Below, in pieces: positions 12,602 to 24,399 of a stretch of 64,000 bases of DNA. The position numbers were made by a program, and so were the translations under genes. The notes under the pieces were generated by a model. It had not been told where the DNA came from, searched no databases, and worked only from the letters and a program-made list of their open reading frames with translations. Position 1 is the stretch's first letter, and every line of letters begins with the position of its first letter. The stretch comes from Halocafeteria seosinensis (lineage: Eukaryota), in the NCBI GenBank assembly GCA_001687465.1, contig LVLI01000146.1, positions 62,001-126,000 of the forward strand, read 5' to 3'.

Positions 12602-15600
12602 TCATCCTTGGGTTACCTCGGGTGGGGCCGTGGACTTAAAGCGACGCATCTCTCTCTGCAACTTTCTCCAATACTTACGGTTGGAATCTCTATATTTTTC
12701 AAGTACTTGGGAATGGGACTGTATCAGGGACTTCGTCAAGTCTGCGGGAGTCAGTGTTGGAGTACTCAGGGCCCCAGAAAGTCTATGGCTAGAAGTCGAT
12801 TCAGCGGGAGCGATAGCTATTACATCTCGGTTGTGCCTAAAATGTCCACCTGTTTGGGAACTAATGGTTTTGCTGCCTAAAGTTGGAAGCTTTTTCCCCC
12901 TGCCAAGCTTTTTCCGAGCTCTGCGCTGTTTCCGGGCTAGGCAGCGAACCAATGGATCGTCTTGCTCCTTGGAGCATTTCTGTTTGTATTCAGTAGTGTT
13001 TTCCATCTTAGCTTGGGGGCGAGGAAGAAGATTGCTACTGTCGCTCAACCTCTTTTCCTCCCTCCGCAGACGGGAAACCAGAGTGTTTGACTTCCTCAAT
13101 CGATCCATGGTTAGTTCACTCGCTCTTTGTTCGCCGCGCTGTACCAGTTCTTTGACCTCTTCTCGGGTTACCCTTACCCCAGAGTCCTCTTCTCCTCCTC
13201 GAACTCCGCGGCCACCGAATCCTCCCGCAACGGTACCGTCCTGAGGGCGCCTCGATTGCATATCACTCATCATAGATCCACTCATGAAGGACGCTGATCC
13301 GGAAATGTCGGTTAAGGAACCAAACGAGTCAGAAGGGGTACTCCCTCCCCGCATCAGTTCAGCGTTGAACGCGTCAACACTTCCGCTGCTTTTACCACCG
13401 TCATCGTCGAAATTATCTTCAAAATTCAGGCTGATATCCTCCTCAAAATCGAAACCATCGCCATCATCATCTTCCTCAAACTCGGGCTGATCCTCAGTGC
13501 TTGCCTCGGACTCATTGGCATCGTCCGAGGAGGACGATTCAGTAAGACTGTCATAGTGTTCCGAGTTCTGTTGGGTGAAACGCCGATTTCCTCCACCTTG
13601 GAACCTCCTTCGTCCTTGCATCACATCATCCTGCGATATGCAAATACACAAATGTGATTGGGATCACCTTGCCTTACGAGAGAGAAACGTACCTCAGCAT
13701 ATGTTTCTTCACCTTCAGCTACTTCTACTATGTTCTTCATTCCTTCCTTTCCTCCTCTGAACAATTCGATCAGGTCTCCACCCGCCTTGTGTTTAGTCGC
13801 ATTCAGCACAGCATCTTTGTCTGTAAAGGCAACGATGTCACTTTCTTCCTTCTTTTTATGCCCTCGGTATATCTCTTTTCGGAGCCTTGAAATGTTGTTG
13901 TATAGTGAATGGTTGACTGTGTCTCCTGCCAAATATAGTCCGTCATCGGTATCAACTGATATGCGGAAACAGCCTCCATTCTCTATTCCCATGTTTGCCA
14001 TGTTATCCCTAGCCCCACGGCCGAGCGATCGGGAGCCCTTATTCTCATAGAGGCCGGGTTTTCCACTCGGGACCTCTTCGGAGTGAGCGGAAGGAGGAGT
14101 TGCCCTACTTCCCTTGTTGGCACCTTCATCTGTTAGAACTTCCTCAAACGATGTCTGCTGCCTCATTCCGGAAGTGGACTGTTCACGACTACGCCGAGTA
14201 TGCGATTGAGTTGAATCTTCACCTGAGTGGGCGCTGGATTGTTGCCTCTCAGTATCGAAGTAGCCCGGTACTTGGCGTTTCTGGGTCTGGAGCAGAAAGG
14301 TACGAGCATTGTATACCATTTGAGAGCGATACTTGTCCTCAAAAAATATGCCTATGAAGTACATCTTCTCCTCTTGCTTCAACCTTGCTTCGGCCCTCTC
14401 TCGCTTATTCAACTCTTCTGATGTTAATGCCACCTTCTCCTCCTCTGTGATGGGGTCATTCAGATAGCGAGGATCATCGGGTAAAATGACAACGCGTCTC
14501 TTGTTCCGCCCGTGGAATGAGCCTCTCCAACAATACTTCGAGGGAGTCGGTGGCTCGCCAGGGTTCACGTACAGCTCCAGATCCTTAATGGGAAAATTGG
14601 GACCAATTGGAGGGTCCTCGTTCTCATTCCCGCTGGAGCTTGAATATCTTAACGTCAAAGTAATAATAGGCTGAAAATGTTTCAGGCTTCTCGGAGCCGG
14701 GAACTTATAGTATATCCACCCTCCATATTCGGGAAGCGAAATATCCACATCCGAATTCCCATGAACTCTTTGAGCAGCCTTTCTTGCGCGCCTCTCTATT
14801 AGCTGTGTGGTAGGAGGCTGATTGTTCAATGGTGAACGCAGAGATTGGTCAGTTTTGGGTCTGTTAGATCCTCGCGAGTCAAACACCGTTTGTGGACGGT
14901 ACTGAGCAGTATGTGCTCTTCTACCACTTATTGCGGAACTTCTGGCGGTAAGCTTTGAGCTCTTTGAAACCCTGTCTGAGTTGGAACCTTTGATGCGGGA
15001 GGACAAGGCGGAGAGACGGGAAGTAGCTCTAGATACCACATTGTTGTCAGAGGTTTCCTTGGTGGCGTCAGTATCGAGTAGACCGAATTGTGATAAGTCA
15101 TATCCAGAATCGGAGGTGTACAGAAGCTCTTCCTTCGCATACTTCATGGTCTTGAGGATCTCCGTTTGCTTCTCAAAATATTGCTCAAATGGCAGCTGAT
15201 AACGCCATAGCATCGGTGGTGCATCCGAAGCTCCTTGTTCTCCTGACGATATTTCATTCGTCAGTCCAGAAAAGAAAATTCCCTGAGTGGAAACTCCCCA
15301 AGATGCTCTTCCATGCCGCCTTCCCTTGTTAGCCATGGAATACGTCCAACTGTATGGGGCAACGTCTTCATGGACGCTACATAGCAGTCTCAAAGGGGGA
15401 GGAATAGGTACTGTGTATGAGGTGTCGTCTCCCGCACCAACAACCCGCGGAGAAACCGGGTCTTTCCGGCCACCCCCGTCGACGTTGAACTCGCCGGAGT
15501 CTTCATCCTGGAAGTCTGGTTTTAAGAGTTCCGGATCGCATAAGGTCACACCACGCATTAAATGAAACCCAGTGTAAGGAGGTTTCGCTTCCCTTCGAGA

Positions 15601-18600
15601 TGAGTACTCAATATCCGTTTCCTCAACCTGGGTAGTCGACTCCTCAGTCTTTCCACCTTGTTGTTCGACTTGGTGGTCCGAACCGCTTCCAGCTGGAATT
15701 TTCTCCATTTCCCTCTTACCAGAGACTTGCTCTTGAAATGAAACGCGCTTGCGATTCGATAGAAAAGTTTCTTCTCCACTGAGCTCGGTCTCCTTGGCGG
15801 CGTCCTCTTCTTCAGAACTCTTTAAGTCTTCCGGATGCTTGGCGGCGTCCTCTTCTTCAGAACTCCTTAAGTCTTCCGGATGCTCGGCGGCGTCCTCTTC
15901 TTCAGAACTCTTTAAATCTTCTGTACGCTCGGCACTCATATCCTTTGATGACTCATACGTTGGGGGAGGGCTGGCTACGGCTCTATCTGCGGTAGTTTCT
16001 TTGCCGTCTGATGCATGGTCAGTTGCATCACTACCTTCGGTGGGGATCTCATGAGAAACATCTCCCATTTGCGAAGCGCTGCCCTCCTCCGTGTAGATTT
16101 GTGATGCTTCGGCACTATAGCTGCTTTCATACTGAGCAGCGTTCTGGATTTCAATGGTAGAATTGCCCGGTGACATTTCAACTTCTCCAGAATCAAGTAC
16201 TTCTGAACCCTGTTCAGAAGCAGCTTCTGACTTATTAAACTTTAATTCTTGGGAGACTGAAACAGAACTTGTTGGACGAGGTCCCTCGGCAGTAGCAGGC
16301 TGACTCTCTTTTTCCCATTCCCGTGGAGTTGGTTTTCGTCCGCTTGACTTTTTGTCGGGTTTCTTCTTTGATGCGTTGCCAATGTTCCTCCGGCCCCTAT
16401 CCGTATTGCCAGTCTCAGGTTTTGCTGGGCGCGAACGAACTTCATTTTTCTTACCACTCTTTGCGGGTTTAGTGTCTCTTTGTCCTGAGTGACTGTCACC
16501 ACTTGTCTTGGTTGCTTGAGCGGCGGCTCCTGACTTGCTGGCTCCGTGGCTTTCTACTGACTTGCTCATTTTTTCATCATGCATGTAATGGGGAAAATTG
16601 TCAGGCTCCACTTTCCTTTCGCTAAGGTTGCGACCGCTTGTCTTGGGTGCTTGAGTGGCGGCTCCGGCTCCACCGTTTTTATCATGCTTCCATTCGGCAT
16701 ACTGCGGAAAGCTGTCAGGTTGCGTTTTCCATTCACCAAGACTTCGCGCATCTTCTGTCCCAGCAGATTCAGGGGGCTCTCGCACGCTTCGGGAATTTAG
16801 TTCTGCATCCCGCTTCCTTGGACGATCGGTATTGTCTCTCGAAACGGGAGCGGTTGGTTGAGTACTTTCCTGAGAAACAGTGGCACGAGGTGTCGCAGCG
16901 TCCACCATGTGTTCTTCAGGCATCTTGCGGATAAATTGCTGCTGTTTCTTCTTGGAAAACTTCTTGACGTCCTTCGTAGCCTTCTGGGTTCCTGCTTGCT
17001 GCACCTTTTCGTGAAGCAATGATTCTGCCTTAGGATCACCCAAGTATTCTGCTTGAGTACGACCATCAGTGTCTTGGGAGCTAGACCCCGTGTTCGGTTG
17101 CTCTTCTCTGCTTTCTCGGCTATCCGCTTTTGCATTCGTCTCTACCATGCTCTTGTTCGGCTCGTTCGCCATTTTGTGATTAGAGATTTTATCACTATTG
17201 GTTGTGTCGGACTTACTCGAGGATTTTCTAGTAGCTGACGCTGAAATGTTCACTAAGTACTTCGCAGCGTTGCCAGTGGGACCATCCTCTACTCCTCTCT
17301 CCCCTTCATCTTCTAGCAAGAACTGGTTTATCACTTCTTCATTAAAGGATACATCAACTGCTTCCTTCGATATGCGATGGGATTCTCGCTCAATATCTGC
17401 GGAACTTGCTCTTGGGCTATGCCCTTGTTTTCCAGAAAGGCTCATGGAAGAACCGTCATTAACCTGATGGCCATCTTGTTGTACTTTCGAGAGGGACGTT
17501 ATCGAATAAGCGTGTTCGTACTTCCTCCTCAAAGAATCCATCAATCGGGAAGCTTTAGCGTAACGCCTTTGCTGGCGGTCCATTAGCGATACGTAAAAAT
17601 GTTGAGCTACGCCACGCGCGAAACCAACGTTCTCTCCGTACAGTTCCTCTATATTGTTAGACTCAGGAACAACTTCCCAATCGATTTCTGGGGGTTCACT
17701 GCTCGGAGCATTGTCTACCCTATTTAGTACCGGAGCCGGTCTGACCACCAAGAAGTCAAACTGAGAGGGTGTTGTACTGCGTAGAACAAATGGGTCTTTC
17801 AACGTGAAAGCGCCACCAACCGTTTCCAATGAGTTAAACCTCGTTGGAGACTTCGTTTTCTTAAAGTCTGCCTTAGAGGACTCGTTATCCACATAAGAAG
17901 CAGTGGAGAGGACTCCATCTGCAACACCAAAACTCATCGTAGTCTTAATTTTCGATTTCTTCCGTTCATTCGCCTTTTGACCATCTTTTGTTACCTCGCT
18001 GTCCTGGAGAGCAACAGAAGCACTCGTTTCGGAGTCAGCCATCGAGACATCATCCATCACCAGGGAACAAATCATATTGTACCCGTTTTGACAATTCTCT
18101 AGCGTACCTGAGGAAATGTCCTGGATGATGATGCGTTGATTCTTCTTGTCAAATTCGAGATCAGTGCCCTCAAAGAGAATCGAGCTGTATACAGCGATAT
18201 AATCCACATGGGTTACTTCGATTCCAGAGGTCCGAATGTTCCTCAAAATTCCCGCGTTATACAATCTGTCTTGAATGACTCTTTTACCTAGGTTGCTTAT
18301 GTCAACGGCCCATGGCTCATTCGACAAAACTACTTCAAGCGTCTTCAATGGAATATATCCTTTCCGTAAAATATCGCAGCCAATCGTCTTTCTCAAGAGT
18401 TTAAGAAGATGAGTAGTCACGCTCCCATTAGTCTTACTCTCTCGGTATATCCCGTTCCATTGTACCCTTCTCTCGGCAACGGCTTTTAGCATTGTTTCTC
18501 CGACCAATTCCAAAACTAAGTACATGTCGATGTACGTCGTTGTTGGGTCATCTGAAGGGTCAGTAGAGGCACCAATTAATTCTTCATAAAGATCATGCTC

Positions 18601-20307
18601 GAAGGTGCCCGCAGTTGCAAGGGTATTACTCCCGCTTTGATCAATGCCTTTGAAATGAGGGCACACTAGAAGTAGCCTGCAAAGAGTCCAAATATAATGA
18701 GGCGCAACATAGCCTCCCAAACAGACTTGTACTGCCTGCACTACCCGGTGTAAAGGTACGACCCTCGTGGGTGGGCCACCAGTCTCGTCGTAATCAACCA
18801 TACGACTCAATGATTCAAGCCTACTATGTAGAAGCGGAGATTTTGAGCAATACTTCTTTGTAGCTAGCCAATTGAATACCGTTTCGTCAACGAATTCAGA
18901 ATTTTCGTATATGCCATCCGTCGAAGTATATAAGTCCCGATAGTGCAAGTTAAACACTCCATTTTTTCCACATAGATAGTGATAATAGGAGTATACGCTC
19001 GATTTCAACCACGCAGGGGGCTTTTCATTGTCGAAGAACTGGTGAACGTCATCAGATCGCGCGTCTGAGATAGTTGAGGCGACAGTTGAGGCGATATTCC
19101 AAAAGCGTAGTAATGCTTGCAAAGGGATTAATTTCGATGACTCTTGTGCAACCTCGGTCAAAAGCTTGTAGCATCGAACTACTAAGAAGGTCAAGTCGTG
19201 ATAGTCTTCGGAAAGGAGGCGCCTTTGTACTTTGAGGTAAGGTTTTACAGTTAACCCAAACAAGTCGCATAGGAGTGAACATATCGGCGCACCATGGTGG
19301 TAGACAAGGGACGAAAAGAAGTTTGATATATGAGCATCTGCTGTTACGGTGCCAAATTGTTCTTGATAGTGCCTTTCGAGGATTTCATATATGTTTCCGC
19401 TGGTGGATCCGTCTTGTAAGTTTGTCTTCTGTCTGACGTTAAACTTTGTGGCCAATACGCGAAGCAACTCTGTCGACTTGGATATTGTGTAGTTTAAAGT
19501 CCAAATACGGAATTCATTACCGGATGTTGCCCCTGTAAGTTTTTGTTCTGGAATACTTGTAGTTGACTGCCGCCGCGACCTTCCTGGTGGATATGCTTCC
19601 GAATTCCACAGACGAGTATTGCAATCTAACCCCTCATTGACTCGTCGAACTTCTCCCAAAATTGACAGTAAATCCGACCACGTTAATCGAACAAGCTTCT
19701 CCGATGCGGTGGACCCACTGCCACTCGTAGTGGGACGAAACATCTCTCCAGACTGCCCCCTCGCAAGTTTCTCAGGACTCCAGCTTGAACTTCCTGTTTC
19801 TAGCCTGTTAGTCTCCCTAGATGAACTCGGAGAGGATAACTCTTCATTACGTTGCTGCTCACGGACTGAGCTCAAACGGCTACTTCCGCGCGATGCATGC
19901 AGGGACAATTCTGCGCTATCCACCCCTCGCGAGCCACCGAAGAATCCATCGAGAAAATAAGGTGTCACATATTGCCCTTTGGTACTTTGATTGGATCTAA
20001 CGGAGGAATTGATTAGGTTCGCCAGTTCACCAAGGGTCAAGTGGCAGCCGGCTTCAGAAGAACTCTCGTCCCGAGATGGAGCTCGTTCGTTTCCACGAAG
20101 GTGCTGCAGGGTCTCCAATTGTACCGCCCTGTCAAACTGCTGCTTAAGGGCGATGGTATCAATGATACGAAATAACTGCTCTCCTGCTTCTCCTTCATTG
20201 GTCCTCGAAAAGGAAGGACTGGAAGGAACGAGCACTGCCGATCCACTCTGAGGGCGGTGAGAAACACGATGTTGGCTGCTTCCTAGCTGGTAATTGTTGT
20301 TCACCAT
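12602..20307 (-). CDS. Very large (~2550 aa) uncharacterised protein, 2 exons (intron 13692-13631)
   Basis: The 2228-aa ORF joins in frame to the 349-aa ORF through GAG|GTACGT...CGCAG|GAT (62 nt). It has a globular N-terminal third, a long disordered middle and a small beta-sandwich-like segment. Confidence 0.85.
15796..15921. repeat. Coding tandem repeat, 45 bp x about 2.8 (HPEDLKSSEEEDAAK)
   Basis: Unit ggcggcgtcctcttcttcagaactc(t/c)ttaa... starts at 15796, 15841 and 15886. Confidence 0.95.
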
Positions 20308-21273
20308 CCTACTTCTTCAGCTTTCCGATAATCTCTCCCTCAAAATATGGAGATTTGTCGTATCAGTGGTTGTGTTTTCCGTACATCACGCTCCACATGA
20401 CTCTGCCTTTCGCGCGTCTGAAACACCTAGCACCGCGTAGGAACCCATAAAGCTCGCCTACACGACGCGAATTCTTCAGATACCGTATACATGGAATTGT
20501 TGAATCTGGAGAAAATACTCTATCAAACACGTAGAGAATACTTGAATCCCACGATATGTTGAAGTTTGGTTCTCGCCAAGCTTGGCAACGGGCGTTGCGA
20601 CTGAAATCTGCGACCAACTTCAAACGACCAGAATTCCCATAAATGACAAAAAGGATCCAAGGGGGGCGATTATGGGGAAAGGGAGAGAACAGGTGTGCGA
20701 CAAACCATGTCGCTCAAACACTGGCAAAGGACTGTTTTGAGGGCCACAATCATTGTAAGCAACCGAATACATGTTGATAATCTCTGAAAGAGCTTGTCTG
20801 ATAAACATCTTTCCAGTGAAAACCAAGTTGGGAACGCAATTGCCCACAGTATCCTTGAAGAAAGGCCTTGTTTCCCGGCGTTGGACACTTGACGTCGCAA
20901 AGTATCACTGTGGTCGATACATCAACTCCCAATAAACGTACGTCTGCTTCCGTATAGGCTCATCCAAGTTCAGAGCACTTGCAGTGAACATTAGTTGCTT
21001 AAATGGGGGTGTATGCATGGGCAATGTGCCGAGGAATACACCATGTTGGCCGCCAAGAATGCGAGTGTGACCGTGCGTTTGAAGCCTCGTTTCCTCGCTA
21101 TTTTAGGATGCATGCCATGCTTCAGTACCGTTGCCGCACGCCGATTGAGAGCTCCACATCGAACGGCGTACTACTGAAACAGCGATATTTACCGAATTTC
21201 CTCCCCTACATGTTTTGTACGTGCTTACACTCGCAGGTGGGCTACAAAAGTGGACACGCAAGAAATAGGGAGA

Positions 21274-22850
21274 ATGTCGCACAGTAAAGACCCATCTCGT
21301 TTGAACCAGCTTCCAAACGTGAATCGAACATGGGAGGAAATAATCTCTTCGTCGGGGGCGGCTCCCATGGCTGTATCGTCTCCAGCCGAACGCCACGAAC
21401 CACCGTCAACGAGCTCAAGTCAAGTGAAAACGAACAACCACAATGTGCATGAAGTGCAGAACGTGCCTATCAGTCTATCCAGCGCCACTGAGCATAATGA
21501 CGCTGACCAGGACGAGGATGAGGGTAAGTAATATATCCCAAAGCGGCGTGCAATACCCCCCTTGCTCATCGTCTTCTCAATTTTGCAGGCACCACAAGCC
21601 GTCAAATGCCTGGAAAGCGTCCCATTAAACGGTCCTCTACTGCGCGAGACTTTGAAAGTGATTATTCGGATTCCTTGTCCGCGATATCAGAAGATGACGA
21701 AGAATACCATGCAATTGGAGGTCGGCGATCCGGCAAGGTTGCGTCCCGAACTCCGCTCATTAAAGGGGAACCAGGAGACAGGACGATCTTCAATAGCCGC
21801 CCCGCTGATGTCGAAAGACTTTTCGCCCAAAGAGAGGCTGGAATTGAAGGTGAACAACCCAACTACGACTTCTTTAGGACGGAGATCCCAAAGCCTCTGA
21901 TGGAAGCCAAGGTGGCCATGGCAGGTAGGCATTTATACGTTTGCTATCAGAAGTCAAGTGACAAATTCGAGGTGCGAATTTACACCGAACGATGCCGATA
22001 CAAATTCGTCGGAGGGACCTTTTACTCCCTTTCTGAGGCCGTACGAAGCCGCAACATTGCACTGAAAGAAGCCGGCAGGGATCCTCCTCCAAACGAGCAA
22101 ACCCCTGAAGAATCTGATGCCTTTATCGAGCAAGTTAAAGAAGATCTTGGATTCTTCAACGATGGCACGTCCAAACATTCCAAGAAGACATCTCGGAGAA
22201 CGAATTACGAGAAGAAGTATGCCAAAATGCTTCCCAAGTACATCTCGGTCAAGTCTGATCGAAATATTTTCCGGGTTGTTCTTGGCATCGACGGGAAGCG
22301 TGTAAATGTTGGAAATTACAAATACCTCAGTGAAGCCATTGCAGGGCGTGACCAAAAGCTCATGGAACTAGGCAGAAGCATTCCCGATACTGTTGACGAA
22401 GATTTTAACCTGGTAAAATTCCCCGCATCACGTAAAACACCTGATCCAAAGATATACAATAACACGCAACCGAGAGATGTATCCTCAGTTGAAGCTACAC
22501 CGGTGCGCCGAAGTGGCCGCAAGCGAGCTCCCAAGCGTCCCCCAGTAGATGAATCTTACGATTTCGCCGAGGATACGTCACCTGAAAAGGCCAGTAAAAT
22601 GCCTGCTTGGATGTCAACGGCTATGAATCCTCAGCTGGAAACCACCATCAGGCAAGCATGGTGGAGCAATCCAGACTCTGTCACATTGTCCGAAGATCCT
22701 ACCCATCCCGGCTACTGGAAACAGAAGAGCGAAGAGGAGACCAAAGAGTTCTTTGAAAAAGTGTCTGCTGACGTTCTGGAGGAGGCCAAGAAACACCCTA
22801 TCTTGGAGAGGCTTATCAACAACTACGCAGTTAAAAGCAATTTTGTGTAG
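21274..22850 (+). CDS. Putative transcription factor with two AP2/ERF-like DNA-binding domains (intron 21524-21588)
   Basis: Two ~50-aa internal homologues, RHLYVCYQKSSDKFEVRIY...VGGTFYSLSEAVRSRNIAL and PKYISVKSDRNIFRVVLGIDGKRVNVGNYKYLSEAIAGRDQKL (three strands, G-x-F/Y, EA...R helix). Basic NLS-like stretches are present. Confidence 0.75.
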
Positions 22851-22854
22851 CCAT

Positions 22855-23928
22855 TTATTCAGGCTCCCTGACAAACGTCTGCTTTTCTCTACCGAAACTA
22901 ATTTGTTTTGTATCGAGCAGCTTCGTAAGCCTTTCGCTTTGTTCGAGGGTGATTAATGCACTGGGAATAAAGACATTCGCCCATTCAGCTGAAATATCCA
23001 ATGCAGCCATATTCCCTTGCTCCCTGCTGCCTAGCCACTTGCCACATTGAAAGTCCTGTGTACAACTCCCGTCGTCGATTATCAAAACTGCTGCTGCCCC
23101 TGCCTGCATTGCATCGATGTTTATCGAGAGATGAAGAGAAAATCGAAAATAGATGTCAACATACCTGCTGAGCATTGAGAATCTTCGTGTAGAAAGGCAC
23201 CTGTGGTAATCGAACCTCTCAGATGGTGAAAACTGTAGGAAGTACCTTAAAGAGTATAACCACATACCTTTCCTCTGTAAATCAGTACTATAGTATCTCT
23301 CACAGGGTTGATCAGATGTGACTCGCCATGATTTGGTACCGCAAATACTACTTCTGCGTGAGGTGTAAAATCTGTCATTCTTCGTTAACTACCCGCGAGA
23401 CACTGTAGAGAACGATTTACCTCCGGAGATTTCAAAGTTTCGAGGGCCATGATGGCAATCCCACGCGTCCACTGTCATAGAGAAGAGACTGTACTATCGC
23501 AATCATTCACGAAATGCATGCATGGGCATCGACTTACCGAAGGCGCCGTGTATGAAGGAGTTGCTACAGTCTCTACAAAACATTACACCGTGACCTCTTC
23601 GAAATGATGCAAAGACTCCGATAGGACGGCAAAACCCATCTGCATCGCACAATTGTTTTTCTTTCCTAAACTGACTTTTTTCCTTCTGCTCTTTCCACTC
23701 CTTGATGGACTTCTCTCTACGCAGCTTCAAAATCTTTTGGTTATGCAGTCGAATTTCCTCTTGAGTTTGCGGTACTTTCTTCGGTGGCAGCCCAGGCTCC
23801 AGAGCCAATGCACCGGGGAACCGGTTCAGTATCTGGTCTCCAAGGGCATCCAATAGTACTATCAGCATCAGAAATTGAGCGCAGACTAACTTGTTCAAGC
23901 TAATCTGGCGATGGAATGGAGCCATCAT
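22855..23928 (-). CDS. Secreted protease-associated (PA) domain protein, multi-exon
   Basis: N-terminal hydrophobic segment; spliced pieces including 'AGAAAVLIIDD' and 'VFIPSALITLEQSERL' typical of PA domains; no catalytic or RING domain seen. Confidence 0.75.
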
Positions 23929-24399
23929 TCCAGCCGGCAGCTCATCAACGCATCGTCGACTACGCAGCTCAAGGGGCTATGCATTTTGCCACATTCGATC
24001 AAGATCTTTGCAAAACAACACTTAATACACGGGCTTCACCTTCACTTCCTACGTGCACTCAATGTTAATACGTCAATAGGCATCTAAATGAAGCGTAGGA
24101 CGCATTAACAAGTCAATTGCTCTATCTATGCAACTGCCGCACAAAACACAACAACCAATCCGCCTGGTAGGAATTATCGTCTACCCACATACTCAATGTG
24201 CTGCACAAATCAATTTTGTGTCCCTTTTCTATACCGTACGGTGTTTGTGGTCGGTTGCCACAGCCTCCAGCGCCCAAGTCGACGGCGGGCCGTTTAGCGC
24301 TTTAACACCAACTTCAACAAAATTAGGAACTACAGCATACGTGGAACGATTTAATTTGTGCAATGTAGTTATTCATAGTTTCTTAACATGGGAACTTAC

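Noticed and set aside
12546..13244. 232-aa plus-strand ORF and similar antisense ORFs (e.g. 1172-1756, 44390-44737)
   Set aside because: Shadow frames opposite low-complexity real CDSs, with no family motifs.
20308..21273. Short ORFs in the ~1-kb divergent intergenic region
   Set aside because: No motifs or consistent splice model; probably promoter and 5' UTR sequence.
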